A DNA stretch of 64,000 nucleotides, taken from assembly GCA_965219685.1 (NCBI GenBank), contig CBDCOH010000002.1, positions 3,557,064 to 3,621,063 on the forward strand, written 5' to 3'. The position numbers were made by a program, and so were the translations under genes. This document shows, piece after piece, positions 1 to 7,377 of the stretch. Position 1 is the first letter of the stretch; every line of letters begins with the position of its first letter. This DNA comes from Candidatus Spongiisociaceae bacterium. Its GTDB lineage: Bacteria; Actinomycetota; Acidimicrobiia; Spongiisociales; Spongiisociaceae. Below the pieces are notes generated by a model, which was given only the letters and a program-made list of their open reading frames with translations, made no database searches and had not been told where the DNA came from.

Positions 1-465
1 CTGCTCGTATCGTCAGGCGCCGTGGCCGGAAGAAACGCGGCCTCGGGCCGCCCCCAGGACTGCCGCGGGCGCGTCTGGTGTTGTACGGGTCCGGGAGTGT
101 CCGGACTTGGATACGTGCCTGCCTGGATGGGTGTTGCTGTGGCATCGTGAAGGCCCATCTTCGCGGGAGGCGGAGCTCGGACGGTACACCGAGAACGGGA
201 AAGTCCCCGACCTAACGCCAACCACCGCTCACTACCGAAGCCCCAACACCCAACCCCTAGTCCAGCATCGGCGTAGGTGCCGGCACTTCGATCTCGCTGC
301 TCCGCAGCCATGTTCCGACCGGTGCATCGGCCGGCAGGAAGCGCAACTCGGGAGTTGCCGGTGGGCCGTCGGCAGGCTGGAAGCCCAATTCCACACGGCC
401 GTCGGCAAGTCGGCGGGTTCGGATCCTCCCGATCACGGTGCCGTCCGATTCCACGTCGCTGCTGA

Positions 466-726
466 CGCTCCAGCGGTCGGGGCGCGAGTCGCTCGGTAAC
501 TGGCGGGTCGGTCACCTGCTGGGGCGACAACCGCTTCTTCCAGGCGGATGCGCCGTCGCTGGCCGGGGTGCACCAGCCCGCCATCGACGCTCTTGCCGCC
601 TCCGGTGTAACCAAGGGATGCGACACCAACCCGCTGCGATACTGTCCGAACAAACCGGTCACCCGCGCTGAGATGGCTACCTTCCTGGCCCGGGCTCTCG
701 ACCTCCTCTTGAGTGGTGAGTGGTGA
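466..726 (+). pseudogene. Orphan 3' gene fragment: RCC1-like repeat remnant plus one Cys-containing SLH-like module, no start codon
   Basis: The frame is open from the stop at 463-465 to TGA at 724-726. It reads ..VTCWGDNRFFQADAPSLAGVHQPAIDALAASGVTKGCDTNPLRYCPNKPVTRAEMATFLARALDLLLSGEW*. The same GC..P..YCP..VTRAEMATFL module occurs in 27523-29915 and 31278-35557. No plausible start or RBS is present. The stop lies inside a GGTGAGT array. Confidence 0.4.
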
Positions 727-738
727 GTGGTGGTCGGC
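708..738 (+). repeat. Short heptamer array (GGTGAGT x2-3)
   Basis: gagtggtgagtggtgagtggtggtc read directly. It supplies the ..SGEW* tail and stop of the fragment at 466-726. Confidence 0.8.
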
Positions 739-891
739 GGCCTGTCGGTTAGAGCACTTGCCCTAACCGATTCGAGTACGAGCCGGAAGCGTCTACGAGG
801 CGTCATCGACGCCTTGGCCGGACACCAGGTCCAGGTGGGTTGGGTGGGTTCCTGAAGGCCGGTGTGGCTGGGCCGTGACTGCCCGTATGGG

Positions 892-1194
892 TTATGGGAG
901 GATGCTGTGGTCGCCGCAGCGGTGCCAAACGACGTGTCGGGTCCCGGTTCTGAGGGGTTGGCCCCATGAGAATGTTGCGCGTCCGTCGGGTGCCCAGGTC
1001 ATCTCGTAGAGGCCCGTTACCCCGCGTACTCGTTTGACGCGTAGCCCGGGTCGGAACCATGACTGTTCGCCTGCTTCCATTGACCGTAGGTCGGCGATGA
1101 AATCGGAAAGAGCTGCTTCGGGCCGCTTCTCCTGGGTGTTTGTGAGACGTTCGTAGTCACGCAGGAACGTAGGCGTTTCTTCATGTGTAGGCAT
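892..1194 (-). CDS. Putative RelE/ParE-superfamily-like toxin (100 aa)
   Basis: Small ORF 13 nt downstream of another small ORF. The segment LRVKRVRGVTGLYEMTWAPDGRATFSWG...HVVWHRCGDHSI resembles the beta-sheet core pattern of RelE/ParE/HigB-type toxins. The assignment rests on motif resemblance only. Confidence 0.4.
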   Translation of the reverse strand: MPTHEETPTFLRDYERLTNTQEKRPEAALSDFIADLRSMEAGEQSWFRPGLRVKRVRGVTGLYEMTWAPDGRATFSWGQPLRTGTRHVVWHRCGDHSILP

Positions 1195-1207
1195 TCGCGG
1201 AGGTCGG

Positions 1208-1396
1208 CTAGTCGCCGGCCTCAGCAGTTCTTCGCGATTGGAGACACGCGAGGAACTCCTCGTCCGTTGCGTGTAGGTGGCGCTGGCTTGTCTCGGAGTT
1301 GTCGGTCGGGTAGTGGTATTTGCCTGTGTCTGCGTCTATATCAGCGAGGGTCATCGTGGGTTCCTGGTCGATGCCGATGACAGGGGTAGGACTCAT
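1208..1396 (-). CDS. Putative cognate antitoxin (62 aa, acidic)
   Basis: Lies immediately upstream of 892-1194 on the same strand. It is small and acidic. No family was recognised. Confidence 0.3.
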   Translation of the reverse strand: MSPTPVIGIDQEPTMTLADIDADTGKYHYPTDNSETSQRHLHATDEEFLACLQSRRTAEAGD

Positions 1397-1522
1397 GAGT
1401 CGACCCTCCTCTCTTGCGGCGCCTTTCGAGAGTCTACTACACAGCGGGAAGGTGGATGGTGAGCGGTGGTTGGTGGTTGAGGGTGGTGGATCTGGTTCGG
1501 AGTGATCGTTTGAGGCCGGTGA

Positions 1523-1861
1523 TCATTCGCCCGATTCGGGTCTGTCTGTGATAGGAGGGGGCGGAGTTGTTCTTCTTGGGCGAGTCCGAGTCGTTGAGCG
1601 AGGACCAGGTGGGTCTCGGTCTCTGCGAGGGATCCGCTTGCGATTCCGAGGAACCGGAGGTATTCCTATGTGCTGCGCCGGGGCTCCTTCGGCGATGTTG
1701 GCTGCGACCGACGCTGCGGATCTGCGTAGTTGGCTGGTGATCCCGAACCTGTCCGAAGGCGGGAACCCGGTGGAGAGCCGATACGACATCTCGGCGAGAT
1801 CGATCGATTGCTGCCAGACCTCGAGATCGCGATGACTACTTACCATGGCTTCCCCCTCCAT
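1523..1861 (-). pseudogene. Four-helix-bundle protein (23S rRNA intervening-sequence protein family, TIGR02436-like) with an apparent 1-nt frameshift
   Basis: The N-terminal frame gives DLEVWQQSIDLAEMSYRLSTGFPPSDRFGITSQLRRSAASVAANIAEGA. The family-typical continuation EYLRFLGIASGSLAETETHLVLAQRLGL appears only in the +1 frame, after about 1670. Confidence 0.6.
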
Positions 1862-1954
1862 GAATGGTAACCCACTCTATAAGTGGTTGGCAGTATGTAA
1901 TGCTATGGAAGGGTTCACCGGTTGTCTACTGTCTTGTTCCAACCCGTGATCACG

Positions 1955-2057
1955 AGCCACCATCCACCACCCAACCATTCACCACTCACTATTCACCATT
2001 CACCACCCAACCATTCACCATTCACCGTTCACCACTCACTATTCACCATTCACCACT
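1955..2057 (-). repeat. Heptamer array, GGTGAAT/GGTGAGT on the minus strand (about 14 units, some degenerate)
   Basis: The plus strand reads ..ccattcaccactcactattcaccattcaccacccaaccattcaccattcaccgttcaccactcactattcaccattcaccact. It overlaps the last codons and stop of 2039-3145. Confidence 0.85.
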
Positions 2058-3145
2058 GTCCGGGTGGGGGGATCCTCGTGGCGGGACAGCTTCACGGGGT
2101 TTCCGGCCATCTGGAGCGTCGAGCCGTCCGGTAGTTCCACCTCCACGATCATGTTGCGGGCCTGCACCCCCGGGTCGGCCACCACCGCTCCGATGTCGTT
2201 GATCGGACCGCACGGAATCCCCGCCCGCAGCATGCGCTCCAGCCACACGGCGGCGACATCGCCCGAGAGGGCCTCTTCGAGCTCGGCGGCCAGTTCTTCC
2301 GCATTGCGGGTCCGATCGTCGTTGCTGGCGAACCTGGGGTCGTCCACCAGCGACGGTCGTCCCAATGTCTCGCACAACGTCGAGAACAGCCGGTCGTTGC
2401 CCGCCGCGATCACCAGGTGCGTGTCGGCCGCCCGGTAGGCGGCGAAGGGGGTGATCGACGGGTGGCGGCTGCCCAGCGGTCCCGGCACCACCCCGGTGGC
2501 GGAGTACCTGGCGATGGCGTTCTCGAGGATGGCCACCTGGCAGTCGAGCATGGCCACGTCCACGACCTGGCCCAGCCCGGTCCGTTCCCGGTCGTGGAGG
2601 GCCGACAGGATCCCGATCACCGCGAACATGCCGGCGGTGATGTCCCCCACCGAGGTCCCCACCCGGGTGGGGGCCCCTCCCGGATGGCCCGTGAGGCTCA
2701 TCAGCCCGCCCATCGCCTGCACGACCATGTCGTAGGCGGGCCGCTCCGAATACGGCCCGGTCCGCCCGAAGCCGCTGACCGCCGCGTACACCAGCCTGGG
2801 CCACCGCTCGCGCAGCACGTCCCAGCCGTAGCCCATCCGCTCCAGGGCGCCGGGCCGGAAGTTCTCCACCAGCACGTCGGCCTCCTCCACCAGCGCCTCG
2901 AACATCGCTCGGTCGGCCGGTTCCGCCAGGTCGAGGGCCACAGACGACTTGCCCCGGTTCAGCGACTCGAAATACACCGACCGGTCCCCCAGGAAAGGAC
3001 CGAAACCCCGCGCGTCGTCCCCCGTGCCCGGCCGTTCCACCTTTATGACCCGGGCCCCCAGGTCGGCCAGCACCATCGTGGCGTAAGGACCGGCCAGCAC
3101 CCGCGTCAGGTCCACCACCGTTATATCGGAGAGAGGACCGCCCAT
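2039..3145 (-). CDS. Family III CoA-transferase (CaiB/BaiF type), possibly 3'-truncated
   Basis: The N-terminus is MGGPLSDITVVDLTRVLAGPYATMVLADLGARVIKVERPGTGDDAR.. with family-typical motifs throughout. ATG at 3143-3145. The C-terminus ..KLSRHEDPPTRTVVNGE* runs into the heptamer array. Confidence 0.85.
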   Translation of the reverse strand: MGGPLSDITVVDLTRVLAGPYATMVLADLGARVIKVERPGTGDDARGFGPFLGDRSVYFESLNRGKSSVALDLAEPADRAMFEALVEEADVLVENFRPGALERMGYGWDVLRERWPRLVYAAVSGFGRTGPYSERPAYDMVVQAMGGLMSLTGHPGGAPTRVGTSVGDITAGMFAVIGILSALHDRERTGLGQVVDVAMLDCQVAILENAIARYSATGVVPGPLGSRHPSITPFAAYRAADTHLVIAAGNDRLFSTLCETLGRPSLVDDPRFASNDDRTRNAEELAAELEEALSGDVAAVWLERMLRAGIPCGPINDIGAVVADPGVQARNMIVEVELPDGSTLQMAGNPVKLSRHEDPPTRTVVNGE

Positions 3146-3231
3146 CGCGGATCACAGTAGCCGGTTGATGTTCCTCGGGCTCTTCGATCGGTATCGCTCC
3201 CTGCCAGTCCCGTGTCGAAGCACCAGGCACC

Positions 3232-3288
3232 TTTCAACATTCACCATCCCACCATTCACCATTCACCATTCACCACTCACCATTCAGC
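3232..3288 (-). repeat. Heptamer array (GGTGAAT/GGTGAGT on the minus strand)
   Basis: The plus strand reads ttcaacattcaccatcccaccattcaccattcaccattcaccactcaccattcagcc. It provides the ..RLNGEW* end of 3270-3788. Confidence 0.85.
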
Positions 3289-3788
3289 CTGGTCCTGATC
3301 TGATCGAAGTTCTCGCGGGTCTCTATGCGGAACTCACCGAAGCCGGTCGCTAAGGAACGGAGCCCGGAGGCCAAGGAATCGATCCTGGTTCTGTTGCCGT
3401 CGATCAGCTCGCGGTTGCCGTCGATCAGTGTGCGGTTGTGTTCGATCAGTTCGCGGTTGCGTCTGATCTGTGTGCTGTTGTGTTCGATCAGTTCGCGGTT
3501 GCGTCTGATCTGTGTGCGGTTGTGTTCGATCAGTTCGCGGTTGCGTCTGATCTGTGTGCTGTTGTTGTCGATCTTCTGGCCGTTGGCCTGGATCCGCTCG
3601 CGGTTGATCAAGATCTCCGCGTTGAGTTCTGCTGTCCTGGAGTCGATCTGCGCGGCCAGGGCGTGAGTCATTTCGCTGTTCCCGTCGAGCCTGCGCAGGA
3701 TCTGGAGCATGAGGCCCATCAGCATGACGATGATGACCAGCAGGCCGCTGATGAGAGTCAGGGTCGTAGCATCGACTTCCATAGACAT
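3270..3788 (-). CDS. N-terminally membrane-anchored coiled-coil protein with 14-aa (42-bp) tandem repeats
   Basis: A TM helix LTLISGLLVIIVMLMGLMLQIL is followed by NRTQIRRNRELIEH x3 and LIDGNRE variants. The upstream region is AT-rich. No family was recognised. Confidence 0.6.
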   Translation of the reverse strand: MSMEVDATTLTLISGLLVIIVMLMGLMLQILRRLDGNSEMTHALAAQIDSRTAELNAEILINRERIQANGQKIDNNSTQIRRNRELIEHNRTQIRRNRELIEHNSTQIRRNRELIEHNRTLIDGNRELIDGNRTRIDSLASGLRSLATGFGEFRIETRENFDQIRTRLNGEW

Positions 3789-3880
3789 AATGGTAGATAA
3801 CGAATGATAGATTGCAAAAAGAGGGTGTTATCAGGTGTTTTGGTGTTAGATGCTAAGTGTTCGGGGGGTCGCGGGGCGTC

Positions 3881-4247
3881 GGTGTCCCCGGTTTTCTTCG
3901 ATCGGTATCCCTCTCCTGCCCGTCCCATGGCGAAGCACCATCCACGAGCCACCACTCACCATTCACCATTCACCATTCACCATTCAGGCGGTTGTCCCCG
4001 GTTTTCTTCGATCGGGCTGTCTCTCCTGCCCGTCCCATGGCGAAGCACCATCCACGAGCCACCACTCACCATTCACTATTCACCATTCACCATCCCACCA
4101 CTCACCATTCACCACTCAGCCGGTGTCCCCGGTTTCTTCGATCGGGCTGTCTCGCCTGCCCGTCCCATGGCGAAGCACCATCCACGAGCCACCACTCACC
4201 ATCCCACCATTCACCACTCACCACCCCACCATTCACCATTCACCACT
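3881..4247 (-). repeat. Three tandem composite units (108-131 bp): a conserved ~75-nt core plus a heptamer array
   Basis: The core ggtgtccccggttttcttcgatcgg..tctcctgcccgtcccatggcgaagcaccatccacgagccaccactcacc, followed by (attcacc)n, starts at about 3881, 3989 and 4120. A diverged fourth copy lies at 3165-3288. Confidence 0.8.
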
Positions 4248-4324
4248 ACGGCCAGATCGTCGTCATCGGCTTCTGACACCAGCCCGCGAAAACAAACGTA
4301 ACAAGGCTCGTCGAGGGTGAATCC

Positions 4325-4523
4325 TGCGCGCAGCCACGAGCCACAAGCCACCATCCACGAGCCGCCATCCACCAGCCACAAGCCAACCAGCCACGGCATG
4401 AACAAGGATGCAGTTCACTGCTACGCGCCCAAACCGGTTACGGACCATTGATCACCTACCACGGGCTGCGAACCACAAGCCGCCAGCCACAAGCCGCCAG
4501 CCACAAGCCGCCAGCCACAAGCC
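4325..4523 (+). repeat. C/A-rich heptamer and 14-mer arrays (CCACAAG, CCACGAG, agccacaagccgcc x3)
   Basis: 4330-4395 reads agccacgagccacaagccaccatccacgagccgccatccaccagccacaagccaaccagccac. 4471-4523 reads aaccacaagccgccagccacaagccgccagccacaagccgccagccacaagcc. The complement is GGCTTGT/GGCTGGC. Confidence 0.8.
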
Positions 4524-4796
4524 ATCTCACTGCGGAAATGTCCCGGTCTGGACGGCCTCAGCCGTAGTATTGGGGGCGATCAGGAGGTGAAGTGGCTTGC
4601 GTTCGCGGCTCCGCGTCGGTACCGTTACCCCCACATGGCTGATCAGGCCCGCCGCGAAGTTGCGTTAAGCGACGCTTCACATAACATGCGCGTGGGTGGG
4701 CGGCGTGTTATATTGCCAGGGCTGGCCGGGATACGGGTTGTAACCAATTCCCTCTCGGCGGCCGACTAAGCATACGAAGGAAGGAAGGGAGGGCAA

Positions 4797-7151
4797 ATGC
4801 CCCTGATAGCAAGGCAGCGTTCGCGGTTGGCTGTGCTGGCCGTGCTCGCCTTGGTGGGTTCGCTTCTTGCCGTTTCTGCGGTGCCTGCGGTCGCCGCCGA
4901 GGACGACAAAGCGGAAGAAACGGCTATGTACTCAGCTTGCGTGGGTGCCGCTGAAGATGACGCCGGGTTCGCCGACATGAGAGGCAACTTCGCCGAAGAT
5001 GAGGCCAATTGCTTGGCTCACTATGGGATCACTCTGGGAACCGGAACCGATGAGGACGGCAACTCTGTGTACGGGCCGAGCAGTTCCGTTACCAGGTGGC
5101 AGATGGCTCTGTTCCTGAGCCGCGCGGCCGGTCCTGCGGGTATCGAGTTGCCGATGGCCTCGGATCAGATGCTGTCCGATATCGGCAGCTTGGACGATGC
5201 GACCCAGGACGCCATCAACCAGATGGCCGACTTGGGCATCATGGCGCCGCGCTCGTCCGGGATGTTCGATCCCAACGGAGTAGTGTCCCGTAAGGATATG
5301 GCTGTCCATCTGGTCGGCTTCCTCTCCAAGGCCCTTCAGGGTCCCGGCAGCGTTTCCCTTGAAAAGCTTCAGAGCGACGACGGTCTCGGTAGCGGCAAGT
5401 CGCCGTTCACCGACATCGGTGATGTCTCGGTCAGCGCTCACGAGGCCATCAGGGATGTCTTCGAGTTGGGCGTGGCCGAAGGTACATCGGCTACGGAATT
5501 CTCGCCTGATGCTCCGGTGCGCCGGGACCAGATGGCGGCGTTCATCACCCGGGCTTTGGCCCACACCAATGCCCGCCCCGCCGGTCTCACTGCACAGGCC
5601 GACGCCGGTGGCGACACCGGGACCGAGGTCTCGATCTCTGTGTCGGTCCGTGACGACGACCACGGAGTGGTGCCTGACGCACTGGTCGGCAGGATCCATA
5701 CCACCACCCCGGATACGGCGTTCGATGATGCCGGAGAGTGCGATGACGCAACCGGTGATTGCACGCTCAACACCGGCAACGAGGCCACGGATCCGGACGG
5801 CAACGCTGAGCTCCAGGTCACCCTTCCCGATGAGGCTGGTACCTTGACGGTATGGGTGTGGACCGGTGAGTCCGGTGACGAATTCGACGCCGACACCACC
5901 GACTCCGCGATGCTGGAGATTGACGCGGCTCTTCCGGCCACGACGGTGAAGGTCAGCAACGACAACAAGGCCGGGTCGCAGTTCCTCAAGTTCGGTGACA
6001 CGGTTACCTACACCTTGCAGGTTGTCAACAGCGAGGGTGACCCTGTTGCCAAGGCCGGCGCCAAGGTGCAGGTCACGGCTGACGTCCAAACTGTCACTGT
6101 CGCAGCAGAAAATACTCCTGCTCTGAGTGACAATGTTGTCACCGTTACCCCAGGCGGTGTCTCGAGTAGAACCATTAAGACTCACGAGACGGACGCGGCT
6201 GGACAGATCGAACTCTCGTTCACCCACGACGATCCCGATGGGGACACTGCAGGGAATCGGGTCCAGTTGAGCCTGGCGCTGGTTCTGACGGTTGATGGGG
6301 ATCTCGAGACGGTGTCGACTGCGGATCTCAACGACCATCTCGTTGCCACTGACACCCTTGCGAACACCCCCGACAACGGTGCGGACAACATCGGAGTCAT
6401 CTGGTCGGACGCCTCTTCGAGGGCCACGACCATTACGCTCGGTCAAGCGATCAAGTATCACGAGACCAATGCCAACGGGGTTCGCAACACGATCACGGCC
6501 ACGCTGGTTGACCAGTACGGTGATCCGGTCAGGGGCGTGAAGGTTGGACTCTGGTCCGGTGTGACCAATACCGATGCGACTACTACTGCCGCAGCGATTC
6601 TTCAGGGACTCGGTGGCGGTACTTCGGGCTCGCCGGGTGCATCAACCGACATCGCCGATAGTCGCACTACCAACAGGAATGGTGTAGCGACCAAGTCGTA
6701 TACCCGCAATGTTGTGGATGCGGCTCGGGAGCAGGTCGGTGCTTCGTACAGCGCGGTTGTCGGCTGTGATGACACAGACACCGGCGGCACCCCTCCCTGC
6801 ACCGATGTGGCTGATGCGATGGATATTGACATTGCCATCACCAACGTGGAAACTGGCGACAATGGTCTCGATCACTACTGGGCTACGCGGCTCGGTGTGG
6901 GTACGGTGAACGACCAGGTTGTCCTGGTTGCAGATACGGACAACAACACGGTTGTGGCCGGCACTGCGACTGCGCCGACGTTGGCGACCTACGATGCCAA
7001 TGATCACTTCCAGGTCGACGGCGCCAATACCACCATGGAAGCCTTCGAGAAGGCTCTCGGTGGCGCCGATGACAACGACACGGTGGATATCACTATCACG
7101 AGTACTGCTGATAATGCGATCAACACGTTCAACTTCGAGAACGTGGCCTGA
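4797..7151 (+). CDS. Secreted SLH-domain surface protein, paralog 1 (signal peptide, 3 SLH-like modules, Ig-like domains)
   Basis: RBS ggaagggaggg precedes the ATG. The signal peptide is RLAVLAVLALVGSLLAVSAVPAVAA. SLH-like modules include FADMRGNFAEDEANCLAHYGITLGT..VTRWQMALFLSRA. The AHTNARPAGLT hinge and the invasin/Big-like motif ITATLVDQYGDPVRGVKV are present. Confidence 0.85.
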   Translation: MPLIARQRSRLAVLAVLALVGSLLAVSAVPAVAAEDDKAEETAMYSACVGAAEDDAGFADMRGNFAEDEANCLAHYGITLGTGTDEDGNSVYGPSSSVTRWQMALFLSRAAGPAGIELPMASDQMLSDIGSLDDATQDAINQMADLGIMAPRSSGMFDPNGVVSRKDMAVHLVGFLSKALQGPGSVSLEKLQSDDGLGSGKSPFTDIGDVSVSAHEAIRDVFELGVAEGTSATEFSPDAPVRRDQMAAFITRALAHTNARPAGLTAQADAGGDTGTEVSISVSVRDDDHGVVPDALVGRIHTTTPDTAFDDAGECDDATGDCTLNTGNEATDPDGNAELQVTLPDEAGTLTVWVWTGESGDEFDADTTDSAMLEIDAALPATTVKVSNDNKAGSQFLKFGDTVTYTLQVVNSEGDPVAKAGAKVQVTADVQTVTVAAENTPALSDNVVTVTPGGVSSRTIKTHETDAAGQIELSFTHDDPDGDTAGNRVQLSLALVLTVDGDLETVSTADLNDHLVATDTLANTPDNGADNIGVIWSDASSRATTITLGQAIKYHETNANGVRNTITATLVDQYGDPVRGVKVGLWSGVTNTDATTTAAAILQGLGGGTSGSPGASTDIADSRTTNRNGVATKSYTRNVVDAAREQVGASYSAVVGCDDTDTGGTPPCTDVADAMDIDIAITNVETGDNGLDHYWATRLGVGTVNDQVVLVADTDNNTVVAGTATAPTLATYDANDHFQVDGANTTMEAFEKALGGADDNDTVDITITSTADNAINTFNFENVA

Positions 7152-7173
7152 TCGATCAGAAGCTCTAGAACAC

Positions 7174-7203
7174 GGAGGGTCCCGGCGAGAGCCGGGACCC
7201 TCC
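7174..7203 (+). terminator. 13-bp perfect stem-loop after paralog 1 (no U-tract)
   Basis: ggagggtcccggc-gaga-gccgggaccctcc, 23 nt after the stop. Confidence 0.5.
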
Positions 7204-7377
7204 CGCGTTCCGGCCCGCTCAACTGTTCACAACGCCTCGCTGACGGCCTTTTCGCCTCGAACCAAGGTCCGTCGCGCTGCTTACGCCTACCTAGTTCGGC
7301 GATGCTTTAGTTACCACGAATACGGCGGGTTTCCCGTTAGGCTGGGTGGCTAGACCACGGACAAGGAGCGAGACCTG

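Noticed and set aside
3804-4320. ORFs 3804-4301, 3850-4320 and 3857-4276 (and 1864-2202, 1922-2134, 3165-3353), which translate as HHSPFTIHHSP.. peptides
   Set aside because: They are read-throughs of the stop-free strand of the heptamer arrays and composite repeats. They overlap in three frames and have no RBS or family resemblance.
4932-6461. A 509-aa minus-strand ORF antisense to paralog 1. Similar long antisense or alternative-frame ORFs are 2043-3230, 7390-8202, 15601-16515, 21289-22350, 23528-24700, 30113-31711, 35205-36755, 39300-40562, 41289-42734, 45296-46270, 50738-52105, 51639-52745, 56556-58247, 58955-60181 and 60439-62400.
   Set aside because: These are typical GC-rich shadow ORFs. 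They are Arg/Gly/Pro/His-rich with low complexity and no motifs, and each fully overlaps a gene with clear family signatures on the other strand or frame.
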